DNA of 56,301 bases, filler included, from Catajapyx aquilonaris (lineage: Eukaryota): the NCBI GenBank assembly GCA_000934665.2. It is 3 parts of 3 records of this genome, joined end to end, with 100 filler letters (N's around TTAATTAATTAA, not from the genome) between each part and the next. Parts side by side here need not be neighbours in the genome. Positions count along the whole stretch, not along the records: positions 1 to 18,824 come from JYFJ02006644.1; positions 18,925 to 37,567 come from JYFJ02006645.1; 1 more part is not named here. One strand, given 5' to 3'. The notes under the pieces were generated by a model, which had not been told where the DNA came from, searched no databases, and saw only the letters and a list, made by a program, of their open reading frames with translations. Shown here one piece after another: positions 1 to 29,168 of this stretch (position 1 is the stretch's first letter; the number at the start of each line of letters is the position of its first letter). A program made the position numbers and the translations under genes.

Positions 1-289
1 GGGGGGGTCATACCCGATATGTGTGATTACTTTGAAAATAAGGTGTAATTTCATGGGATCCATGTCACTCAAGTTACCAGGGCAACAATTCAGGTGAGAG
101 GATTGTGAAATGTAGGCAATATTGCAAGATGTAGCTGTAGCCACTAACTAATTAAAAATTCAGGATAGATTCATATTTTCACATACTAAGTGATGTAATA
201 AATCACAATGGACACCAACTACTGCTTTGAGATATTTCAGCAGTTCCATTGGCTTCCTTTACGTCATCACTTTTATGTCAACAGCAGTA

Positions 290-450
290 CAGTATTGGTC
301 ATATATCGAAGCAACCGCCAGCGACATTTTCCGAAGCGGCAGAAGAAGGAATCTTGCTCGCCCATGCTTGAAGTATGCTTATCTTCGATTCCTTCTTCTG
401 CCGCTTCGGAAAATGTCGCTAGCAGTTTCCTCAATATATGACCAATACTG
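290..450. mobile_element. Tc1/mariner-type MITE (161-bp hairpin element)
   Basis: TA|CAGTATTGGTCATATAT...ATATATGACCAATACTG|TA. Arms of about 64 bp include a perfect 34-bp inverted pair (320-353 vs 387-420). TA target duplication and CAGT termini. Confidence 0.8.
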
Positions 451-1836
451 TACCTCTCAATAGATATCTCTTTATCACCCTGTGACTTATAATAGAGCCA
501 ACTTTGAAAGGAATACAAACAATGGAGATACCTGTGCAAAGTAATTTAGATGTGCTTCACTTGTCAGATCATTGCAGTTGTGCCTTACAAGAACTGTATA
601 CCTAAGATGTAACTTTGTTCCAACTTCATAAGTCTGGTTCGTTCTTGTGTTGCGACAAGCATTCAGATCATCACTGAGTAGAAATTTATTAACTTGCTGT
701 ATCTGCACATAACATGTTAGCAAACTAGCTGGTATTTACTTCAAGATGCACGGCCAATGTTGTACTTTATCGCATCAAAATAAGACAATTTTCCGCCCTA
801 CATTCAGGTGCACTTTCCCACAGGATTCCGAAAAATTTCAAAATACCGTATATGAAATATATTGTTATTGAGACCAGAGGCCTTTGCTTTGTACACTCTT
901 CAAATATCACCTTATGTCAAGGCTACTTTACTTGCAAAATAATTCCTAAATATGCTGGCATTGCTGCAACAGGTTGCCTTCAATTTCCTACACATTGCCT
1001 GGTACACTATAAAATAAAGTCAAGCTAATAACACTCTATACTTCCATTAACAGGAGGATACAGTCACAAAGTAGCAACCTGTAATATCAGAAGTCCATGC
1101 GATATAGGGCAAAAAAACATCAGCTGGAGGGGAAAAGCCTTCTAAAATTCAGAGTTGAATAAATCAAAGGTGCAGCGGAAACATAACCCAGCTTTGTCTT
1201 CCACAGGTGGGAACCCCGCCAACTTTTGTTACATTTTCCACCACAGAGTAGCAGTCCCATCCGATCCAGTGTAACAGCAACAGAGGGATCAATACTTGAA
1301 GTGTGGGCGGGAACTAGGGTGGAATATGAGGTGGGGTCGGGAGGGAAGGAAGAAAGACATGACCCTACTTCCAATTTGCCGTGGGGCACCATCTGAATGA
1401 ATGCCTGACTTCCTTTTTCTTTAAACAGGATCAGAATCAAACCCTTTAGGGGAAGGTTAATGAAAATTCCATTGGGTAATGAAGCTTGTTAGAGGCACAC
1501 CTTGCAGCATGATCAAAGAGGGTTTATATCAAGCAAGGGAATTCCAGGCGGTCTACTGGGTCTCTGGAATGTCATTCAGAAGGCCTATAAATTGATGTGG
1601 GCAATATGAGTGCCGTGTGGAGGCCAATTCTGAACATACAAATCTCAGGATTCTATGCTAGCAATTCCTGCATTATGCATCCATGGCAGAGGTGAAACTT
1701 ATGGGCTACAATCACACACGCCATAGCCACACATTTTCAGCCACGGCCTTTGTGTAGTGCAGCTGAATTTGTAACAGTTCCGCTTCGCATTTCCCTTTGA
1801 ACTGGTTGAAGCTGACAGAAAAAAAATGTTACTCAC

Positions 1837-18199
<16,363 letters not shown>

Positions 18200-18824
18200 G
18201 GTTCCTCTAGCGTCTCCGTCCGCCTCACCACCACCACCACCACCGTCCCTCTGCAGCAAGGGCGGCCCTTCCTCTTCCCCCTCCTCCTCTCCCCACACCT
18301 CCTCCTCCTCCTGCCCCGACTCGCACACCACCCACAGGGCGACACCTTCTGGTACCCACCCCCCTCGCGAATTGTTGTCGTATCAAAGGGAGCAGCAGAC
18401 GACAGCCCACCCGAGTCCTCCTCTCTCGACCCAACTTGCTTTTGGTCGCTGCCTCTCCCACCCCCAGCCACCAGCCACCAGCCCCAAGATGGCGATGCGG
18501 GCGATGCGGACACTGGGGGCATCTGTCGTGGGATGGACCAACCTCTCTGGGAAGAGGACACCTGTTGAGTGCCCCTGGCGGACTGGCGACCAACTATAGG
18601 GTGGCCATGACCTCTTATGCGGGAACATTTGACTGCAGACATATCCACTGTCCAGAGGTCATTCACATAGACTACAGGCCTACAAGTGCAGTGAATAATA
18701 TTAGAAATTGTGCACTTGTACAGCCTTTTGTTACATTTATGATTATTAGTTTTTGCATTATTCATGTGTGAATATATTTTACAGAGGTTTGGTTTATTGG
18801 GTGTATGTGTGTGTGTGTGTGGGG

Positions 18825-18924
18825 NNNNNNNNNNNNNNNNNNNNNNNNNNNNNNNNNNNNNNNNNNNNTTAATTAATTAANNNNNNNNNNNNNNNNNNNN
18901 NNNNNNNNNNNNNNNNNNNNNNNN
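18825..18924. other. Assembly gap with artificial linker
   Basis: N44-TTAATTAATTAA-N44, exactly 100 nt; the linker places stops in all six frames. Confidence 0.97.
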
Positions 18925-20646
18925 GACCTTCGGATGACAGGCCTGCCCGCGACCGTCACTGGCCGCAAAACCCCAGAACCTGCTGTCGTCTGCAGCAGCA
19001 AGCCGCAGACTGGACGGGGGGAGGAGGAGGAGGGAACAAGGTTGGTGATGGTTGCTTGGTCTGGTACCTGTGGCAGGAGGTGCCAGGCGGATTTGGGGGG
19101 GAGAGGAAGGCCGAATGGGCGGGATGCTTGATCTGTCAGGAGCCCAGAGGTATGTAATTAAATTCCTGACAGCACAGTAATTAGCAGGGAGATGGGTTGC
19201 GCAACGGATTACGTGGTTACATGTTTTTGAAATGTTGATCGCTCTGTTATGCAGAATACGGCAGTGCATAATATACTTTCTGCAGTTGTTTAGCTACTTC
19301 GGAGTCCGTGGCAATTGCGAGCCAAGGTCATGCAGTCATTGCCGTTAGTATAAAGCCAAAGCCAAGGGCAGAACACAAAACTCTGCACTTCCAGTAATTG
19401 GTTTCACAGACATGCTACATTCATTACCTTAAGAGTTAGATTATGTCATAATTATATGGCAGAACTGTAGGCCTATGCAGTGCGCATGATAGTTTGTAGT
19501 GTATAGGCACTCATAGACTGTGCAGGATCCTACATAATATTAATTTAACAGTTTTGAAACATATGGATTTGGGTAAATTGTGAAAAAACCTGCAATTTCA
19601 TTTTTTATGTCCCAGGGCTAATTCCTGGACTTAATATAACATCTGAAAACCAGATAACATGCAAAGAAATAAGATTGAAACTTGCGGAATACGGGGCACA
19701 TAACAAATATGTAATGAGATAATGCTTTCATATTTTTCTTTAGGTCACAGAGCTTAACATGTTACGTCCATGGCTTGTCCCAACCTTTACTTTCGCAGTT
19801 TTGTCAATTTTTATGCAAGGCATACGTATAAGATGTTATTTCACTTTTTATATTAGAGTAATGGAGAAAGGAATAGCTACTGAAGGTAAAGGCTAGTGCA
19901 TTTCTTTGTCCTGAAGTTCCAAATTGCATCGATTTTATTGCAAGAGTAATTTTGTCCCAAGGTTTCTCGTCACGTCCGTGGACAAAAACAAAAACTGTTA
20001 TGAAATCATCCAGGAAGCAGCAATGTGCAGGATTTTTGTCTTTTTGCTTGCTGATGCAGCCATATGAGAAGCTGAATCAAAAACCTGTTGGGTTGGTTGC
20101 TTGAAGGCGTGTAATTCTGCCCTAAACGTCAGATTTAGTAAAGTGTCGAGATCAGTGCATGAGACACGTCTGTGGCACCATCAGGTAAATGTAAGTAAGC
20201 AGTTCAAATTTCAATTTTTGCTCAAGTACGTGTGCTATAACTGCTATTAGGTACAACTACTAAAAGTTTGTAACCAAAACTTACCACGTTTTACGTGGAA
20301 TAAACAGAGAGTTTGTCACCGGATACTACCCGTCCACAGGCTCCCCTAGGCGGGGTCAGATGTTCAAGGACATAATTTTAATAACCTATTTGAATTTTTT
20401 GGACCATCTATACCAGCATGCTTTTAATGCACTCACAGCTGTACACTACTTATTGTCAGATGTAAGGGCATATACGGATAGGTCTCGAGTATACTCTGAA
20501 TTTACACATTTCTTGTTTCATTGCATTTGAACGGATATGAAGTATTACTTGCATTTATATTGTGGACTGTGCTTGCCACTTGGTTCGGTTCTACACTGTG
20601 TGCCACACTTAGTTCGGCAAGGTCCAGTAGACTCTGTATTCTTATA

Positions 20647-20731
20647 AAAATGCTGTATCTACAGTGACAGACACAGTGTGTCTGTGTGTATACACACAGA
20701 CACACTGTGTCTGTCACTGATACAGCATTTT
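20647..20731. repeat. Palindrome with a perfect 58-bp spacerless core
   Basis: 20662-20690 is the exact reverse complement of 20691-20719; flanks AAAATGCTGTAT/ATACAGCATTTT extend it past a 3-nt bulge. Confidence 0.9.
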
Positions 20732-23700
20732 GATAATTTATTTTAAAAAGGTGAAATATAGGTCTACGTAGGTCGGCAGTTATTTTTGTGTGCACACCAT
20801 CAGTGGTAATAACTATTTTCTTTAAAGGACATATACATTTTTTAATATTTTTTTTATTGAAATGAAATTGCACCTTATTTCACTATTGACCCTGTTTGCT
20901 TATGAAAAGACTCGACACGCAATTCAGACCTGAAAGACATATTTAGGGATAATGTTGAATAGAACAGAGCACTTTTATATATTAGCAGTATAGTTCACAA
21001 TAACACATCGTAGGCTAGCAGGATTTGAGCTGGATCAGTTTTCTTTCTTTATAAAATAAGACACTGTGTATTTCTTGGTATAGTTACGTATGTCCTTCAT
21101 CATGCCTTACAGGTGCTTTGAACCAAGTGAACTGTTAAATTTATTTTTATTGCCAGATGTTGACGCATACAGGCTTAAAATCAAATTGGGTGCAAATTGT
21201 TAGTAAGGTACTGTACTTCGCTAAAAAAACTTCCACGGTAGTACAAGTATATGAAAGGCAACACGGAATATTAGCAACCTGATCCTATGGTCACATGATA
21301 TTATTTTAGGAAATGAGGGAACAGCAATTCCTAGCAGCAGCTGATTGGACCCTGTTATCTACCTCGCTGCCAGGAAATAAGGAAATAAGGAAGCCTATTA
21401 AACTATACAAGCGTACCTAGACACAAGCTCATCATCTTCTTAGGCCAACATACAAAATTAAAAAATTATTGCATTTCATTTATGCAGTGATGGCACAACA
21501 GGATTTTTTGGCAAAATACTTTTGAATAGGAATAATTTATACACGAACGTCACTAAATTGATGCCAGAAATGGTATATGGAATAATATCTTATGCTGAAC
21601 AATGTATGTTTCCATAATTTAGAAAATAATATTGCAAACTGATAATTTGACACAAATTTTATGATGAATTTATTCAATATTCGCATGTGTGTGAAATTAT
21701 GACAATTGTAATTTTATTCTCCCATTCTAAAGGTGTGGGAAGTATGCTAAAAACATTTGCCTAATAAAATGTAAAGTTTCAATACACGCAAAAAATTAAT
21801 TGTTGTTAGAGTAATAAAAGAAAAACTATCTTGTTAATTTTATGTGCTGAATGTCTAATGTATATTCAGAGAATGCAGGAAATGTTTGGAAAATGCTGAC
21901 AACTTTCATCCTTACTATACTCATTTTGACCCTTTAGTACTGTAAATACTGTCCCATTTACTCCCTGAGCAGTTCAAGGGTGCTCCTGTCACCCCCTTCT
22001 AGATTTCAACCCATCTTCAACCTTAGGAATCCCTGCAGGGGAGTAAGGCCTTGGAAACAATCAATGTCAACTTGCCAAAAAAAAAGTTTGGTCCATTTTG
22101 GCCAGGGCGTTCTTTCACAATAGGGCACCAAAGATATTTCAATTTGGTTGTATAGTCTACAATACAGTCATATCGCAAGCAGGATGGAATATTTTGCACA
22201 TTTATATTCAGATTATATAGCATTGATCACTCTAAATTACACTGTATAATATTAGACAGTCAGGTTGTATATTGCCTGTTCATTATAAAACAACATTTGA
22301 ATTATATACCAGTAATCTATGAAGCTATTAATATAATATATTACTTACATTTATAGGAAGGCGAAAGCACATTACCCCAGCATTAAATTATAATTATAAT
22401 ATTATATACTTACATTTATAAGAAACAAAACAATATTACCTGAATCTGAGAAGACTCCTGCAAACAAACTGTCTTGCTGAAGGACACCAAAAAATGTGTG
22501 CCAGGAAATGTCCTATAAATGCAGCACCTGAAGGCTGTCATCCTTGAAATAGTCATCTCTTAAAATAGTGAGAGGTAATTGCACCTCCTCCAACCCTCCC
22601 AACTCATCGCTACACTCTCCATCTCTAAACAAAACTGTTCTCACTTCCTATAATTACTCACTGTCAGACAGAGAAGGGGCATAATAGTTACACAAATGCA
22701 ACATTCTCTTCTTATTACTCTTATGATTATCAAATTAATATCATAGTGATAAATGTTTTAATATTTTCTGGTATCAAAATGCAGAGGAATTGTGTCATAG
22801 CACTCAGGCAACTATAACTGATAATTATTGCTTCATCTCAAAATTCAACATCATCTTCCTCATGCCACCCCACTTAGGCTATGTAAAAGTTTCATTGTCC
22901 TTTTGGTCCATTTTGATATGTACAGTACACGGGAACACGGCATAACTGGCAATAGACTGGTATAGGATTGAGACCTCTCAAGGCCGCCTCTTTTAATTCC
23001 CCAATTTATTAATCATACTAATGATAATGAATTTTAAAAGTGGGAAGAGACAGACGAACCCATGCATAACATATGTAGGCTGAAGCCATTGAAACTCTTT
23101 TCCCATGAGAAATTACTCTCACAAGCTGGGGATCACACCCTGGACCTGAGAGGAGGAAAGCTGTGGCACTAACCATCTTCTGCTAACCACCATCATTATA
23201 TCTAATTATAAAAGAGAGTATATACCATATGTTATGGAAGACAGGTACAGTACTGTACGGTACTGTGCATACACTTCTAGGATCATAATAATTGTGCACG
23301 CAGCATTTGTACCCAATAAAATAAATAGTTACATAACAGAGTGTCAGGGTTTGTCATTATGTTTTCCTTGTTCTTCTGTGACATTAACAGGCTGCATTCT
23401 ACAGTTCATTGTCATTAAATTTAAACTTCTTAATGTAAATTACCTTTATTTCAGTTGGGACTGGGGCTAGCAGTAGATAGATCCCTGAGATGATTCAGAG
23501 AGGGACTGTTACATAATATAAAGAGAAGCAGGATGGTTATCAATTTTATATTCCACGTTTGAAAACAAAAAATCCCGTATTCTGAACAAGGATTCTTTAT
23601 TCAATGGAATTACAAAACTCCCCTCATTCAGGCTTCAGTCCAACGATGACTACAGTGGACATTGGTGCACACGTAATACAGTCGCATTTCAGGCTGAAAT

Positions 23701-26133
23701 AATTTATCAAATTAGTTCATTTGCTAGAATCATGTGGAAGAAGATCCTTATTAATACAAGAGACTATTGCACCTCAGCTCGCCGAGTGTGCGACTGGAAA
23801 AACACAGCCTCTCGATGGCCACAATTTGGACATGGGTGTTCATCTGTGCGAGGAAGTGTTGGGTCGAAGATGACATCCGGAACAATGAACTTCAGTTCAC
23901 TAAAAAGAACAACAAAATTGTCACAGTGGGTGTCAAAAACTGGACAATCTGTAGCCTACTGTGTCATCATTTTGAATCATTTGAGTTACCATAATTATTA
24001 AGAAGTTAAAGGACCAATATTGACATACTGGTAATGTACCAGTAAATATTAGAAGTTTAGCAATGGTGGTCTTAATAAGCAGCTCTTAATTAAGAATAAT
24101 GATTTTTGGGAACTAGTGGCCTGTAAATTAATATTGTTATACCATGGTAATGTACCCATAACCCATATGCACAGAAAGTATAGGCGCATAGACGCCAATA
24201 TCAACCTTGAAATGTCTGGCAAATATCCCCCAAAAACGACATGTGAAAGCAAAGAACAGGATTAGAAAAGTGATGATGTAGTGCTGGAAGGTGCTTCTTG
24301 CCATTTGATTCATTACTGGAATTGAATTGACCCCCACCCTTAATAGTTGACAACCCTATGTGAATTTGGATATATGGTGAGCTCCAATGGAGAGCAGTGG
24401 AAAAGTATGACTGAATTGACTCCCTTCTGACCAAAATAATAGATATTAGGTGAATTCTCATAGGTGACCTTGACCAGTAATCAAAAGGACTTGGTCACAT
24501 AAGTGATGTTTTGGGGGACTAGTATCACCAAGATGCTGCAATAATACTTATGGAGAATGGAGTAGCCGTATTTTGCGTAATGATACACTTTTTTCATGGC
24601 AGCCCAGGAGTTGAATTTAATAGCAAGGCAGAATTTTCCCTGCTGTCTGGTGGTGAGGCCCTGGGAGTGGCAGTAGTTGCTTTCTGCTTCACTGCATCTG
24701 CCATGTTTTCTCTATTTTTATAGGAGGAATCTGGGAGAAATGGAAGTGGGGAGGTCTCCTACTCAGCATGGTCCAGCATGGTGGCAGAACAAGCATGTGC
24801 TAGTAGGCACTCTGAGAGCCAAAAATGAAGAACACAAATACAAAATATTAATAAGAGAAGGACAAAAAGTAATGCCAATTTCTCCCAGTTAATTAGCTCA
24901 CTGCCACACTGGTGAGGTGACATGGCTGAAAATGAGCTCCTATACCAGATTTTCCCTGACAGAGGTGAACTCAAATTTGAAACATGTAAAAACATGCAAA
25001 AAGACGTAAATTACATGGACAATATTTTTCTAACAAATTTTCATTTTTAATTCCATGCAGTAAAAATTTGAGAGGCTATACTGACTCTATCTCGTGCATG
25101 ATCTTGTTCACATAGGTGCACTTGTTTTCTGCCACTCTCTTGTAGTCGCAATTGCGGCACTGGAAGAGAGAAAGCCGGAGAAAGCAATCAGTTTTCCCAC
25201 ACCTTTGCCATCACATGTATTGCACTATACTTACAGCGTAAACCAACACCTTCTTTTCCTTGTCTTCCTTTGGATATAGCATGTTGTTGCTGGAATGAAC
25301 ATTTGGTTGAATCTTGAATGCATTCTGCTTATTGTCAGGGGTATCCTTGTTCTCCAAGTTATTCTCTTACTTACCACTCATAGCAGAACTGGATGCCCAC
25401 AAACCTAGGGCCAACGCTCGGGACGTCGTAGATGCTTTTACGGCCTGAGATCTTGTTAGTCTCAGGCTTGCTAGTCTCAGGGGTACTCGCCATTCTTACT
25501 TTTCGCTTCCGAACAATTTGCCACAAAGCCGATGCAATCGTCTCCACAAACGGATTCCACTATGACCAGTAAATTACAAAATGGCTGCACCACGCTGGCT
25601 TCGCATCGCCTCAAGACGCCTATAAAATCACCGCTTTTTAGGTAGCCGTGATTAGTTACCTTACATGTTTAGTCTATTTTTGAGGATTATGTCCTGCGAC
25701 TCATACTGGTAATATGAGCTAATTTAGCAAAAAAATGTGCATGCATGAAATTATATTGCCTAATTGCCTAATTGTTTGGTAACAAATTTATAACTGCAAG
25801 CCAGCAAGCGCCACTATCGCAGCTCGAAGAGTCGAAGGTAGCACTAGCGTTTAAGATATCCCCAAAAATTCGGAAACAGCTACGTGTTATTTTACACCAG
25901 ATGACCAGATGTCGCCTTCACCAAAGACGGCCTATTCACTGTTCCTTGGTCTTCACCTCATCTTTAGAGTGGGCTTCTTCTCTCCCCGACGCGCACCATA
26001 GATGGCGGGAACAAGCACATTGAGAAATGACATTGAGTAATGGTTAGAAATCAAAGTCTGAATCACGTGGTCCGAATGAATCGCCATACGTCTCGCAACA
26101 TATTTATACTTTAATCTTTAACCGTAATTATTA

Positions 26134-26519
26134 CTGACAGCATCCATGACAGCAGCGTCACTGTTGAAACCCTGTTCTTTCAGGAGTGTTGGGAACAGGG
26201 GGAACAGGTCAGTCTGATTGTGCCAAATTGTTGGGTGACATCCGTGCATCCGACTATCATCTGTTCCCAACACTCAAACGACACGTATGAAAGAACAAGT
26301 TTCAACCGATTTCAACAGTGACGACGACATCATGGACGCTGTCCGTGAATGGTGTGATGACCAAGTCATTTTTTTGCGAGGGGACAGAACGCTGGACCAC
26401 TGCTGGGAGAAGTGCAATCACACTCCAGGAGAACTACGTAGAGAAGTGATAAAGTGCCATTCGCCCGGGACAACGCCTTCGTAGGTATACTAGGCACACT
26501 GTTTATCAAACACCCCTCG
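26134..26519 (+). mobile_element. Degenerate mariner transposon 3' end with an internal inverted duplication
   Basis: Frameshifted translation SDYHLFPTLKRH...FNSDDDIMDAVREWC...HCWEKC...NYVEK* resembles the mariner transposase C-terminus; terminus CACCCCTCG|TA at 26519. About 26134-26200 is an inverted copy of about 26260-26343. Confidence 0.85.
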
Positions 26520-29168
26520 TAGATCATGTACCTCTCCTGTCCATCCCATTACCTTGTTTCATTCATGCTTGTTCAGACATGGCCATCAAGACTCGTAATA
26601 TATTAGGGGAGTGATGAGGAGCGAGTGAATTTCATGACTCTATCATGCTTAACACATGATTGCTGTGAACAGAATTATGGTAAACTGTCAAGAAAGTAAC
26701 TCACACGTTAACTCATGTAACCCTGACTAGAAAAAGAAAAAAAACAACTAGTGTGCAAGTTCGCTAATCACATGGGTAAGGAGTCACTCCAAGAGCTCTT
26801 GGTCACTCTAGTCTCAAGACAAGCTTATCCTTCACCTGGTGACTAGCAAATAGTTCCTCTTGGGTGGCATGGAGGGCGTTTTATATATTTATTTTCCTTT
26901 CACACCTTCAAAAAATATTTTGATTATTTTGCTAGAGGGTACTATTACAAAATAAGTACGGTACAGATGTTGTCTTTGGCAAGAAGAGTGGATTTTATTA
27001 CAGTGCCTTTCCCCTCCCAAATGTGCCCACTCTTCCCCAACACATACACTTCAGTCCCCCCCCCCCCNCCCCCCCACCTGCCTTCTCTCCAGCTTCTTTT
27101 CCATCAGTTACATATTACACTCCCCCATTAGCACTTTTCTTTGCAATACACCGTATATGCAATACAAGCATATCACTTTTTTCTCAGAATGTCCCTGGCA
27201 CACAAACCTGTTCCATGTAGAGCATATTATTCGGCAATTCTGTGACTCTTCCCACAGGTGCCCCACAATGGAATTGCCAGAGTCGTCACTTAGCAGTTTT
27301 CATATTCTGGCTTCGTCAACTGACTTGTCCATGGCCAAGCTCAGCTAAACACCAGCTTACATATCTCCAGGATAGTAAGAAAATTCAAACCAGATCAGCC
27401 TGTATTCCAAAAGTAATAGACATCTTGCATTCTGGGGGGAATTATTGAGCCTGACCCCTGTGACTGATAAACATGTGCATTGTTCAAATCCAAAGAGGGC
27501 CCAGACTTTTGCCACATCTGATAACAAGTGTGAGCCGTGAGGCAAGTGCTATTTTAGAAGAGCTGGCTGACAGTGAACATCCAGTACTGTGCCAGTCATC
27601 TGGGAACATTCTGTCACATTGTCCTCGACTACACACATCGTTTCGAAGTAAATGTTTACTGCGTGTGGTATTTGCTCTAAAAATTCAGATGAAATGCCAC
27701 TATTTATGCCAATAATAAATTGATGAAGTTCTAAAAGGTGAAAACAAAATGCCAAAAACTTCTTAAGTTATACGGTGGAATCTGCTACTTTGAACAGCAA
27801 GCTTCAAATGATAAATTCGAGGGAAATTCGATCTGGAGTTTGAATGATACTTCTAGTTTTGAAATGAATAAATGCTCTCGCTGCATACACACTATCTGTT
27901 GGGCATCCAAGTCATCTGTCGCTCTTGCTGTGAAAGCAGCTCTTGCATGATTCTTATGTGTTCAGTGCTTTATCCCTTTATGTATGTGTTTGGTTACATA
28001 TTATAATGTAAGGAGACTCCCCTTCTATTGAAGCAGTAATCATTCTCTATCTCTCCAGGTGCCTTCCTCTCCACCAGCAACACAGTACATCACCCCTCCT
28101 CACTGGCACAGTAATTACAATATTCATTTTATTAAACAGTCTTTAAGTATTTAATGTTTCATGTTTTAACTTAATATTTAGAGCATTTAATCGTGTTATG
28201 TTTACCTTAAATTGTGTATTTTGCTGTTTAAGTCTAGTGGTATTGGATGGAATAGGGTCTGGATTCGTTGTTTTTTTGATAAGGGTCTGTAGGGGAGTGG
28301 ATTACCACCATTTAGATCCATTTCCCCTTTTTTTCGATCTCCGTGCAAGGACTTCGGGATGTGGGGTAGGGATCGGAATTGTTGGGGAGGGGCCACTTGC
28401 GCAGGTGTAATGTCAGATGTTGGGCCATGTACAGACCCCCAGGAGGCTAGGTTGCCAGACACCTCCAAGGTGCAGGTCAGAGACCCTGCTGACACAGAAG
28501 GCTAACAAATTCTCTTTTTCCTGTGATCTTAGGGAGCATAGTAATTTCAAGAGCTGTTGTAGCCTGCTCCTCTCTCTTAAAACAGGCACACGCTTCTACC
28601 CTCACTCAAAGAAAAGGTCAAAATTAATTAATTATATATTGCCAATTTATTACAAGTAGCCATAGCAAACAATAGTCCTTATACACAATCAAATATAAAG
28701 TACACAATTCTATTGTAATGGTACATAAATTACTGAACACAAGCTACATTAGTGACATATAAAGTTCTGTTGCAGGATTGCATCTTGTTAATACATTTCT
28801 ATCAAAATGGAGTTGGTTTTTTTAAAACTTTGTACTAGTGCACCTCACCATTGAAAGTCCAGAAGAAAGCAGTCTAATGGCGGTTTTACTGTAATTTAGT
28901 TGCTCTTCCAACCATCCCTTTTATTGGCTTCCTGCAGGCAAGGCCAGAGACAGGACTACATTGCATGTGGACCCCTAAAATTGGATCCACCCAGTGCCAT
29001 CTCCCCATTTGAAAAGATCAATACGAAAACCTTTAACCCCATTGCTTTTTGGTTGTCTTTGTAGTCTATAGTGCAAGTGCTGCTTAAACTTAGGAATAAA
29101 ACAAAATGAAGGATATAAACAACACATCCATGTAAATAGGCAGAGTTGATTGTAGGTTTAAATGCAAT

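Noticed and set aside
1500..1812. Possible next RSK exons after 1837
   Set aside because: Candidates give a roughly 25-nt intron or peptides with stops and no similarity to the expected TPFA..P.DTP motif; the true exons are probably outside the window.
18869..18880. TTAATTAATTAA as a biological motif or piggyBac target
   Set aside because: Centred in fixed-length N runs at both gaps; it is a scaffolding linker.
27150..28500. Possible gene or transposon ORF fragments
   Set aside because: No recognisable motif or consistent exon chain in any frame; left unassigned.
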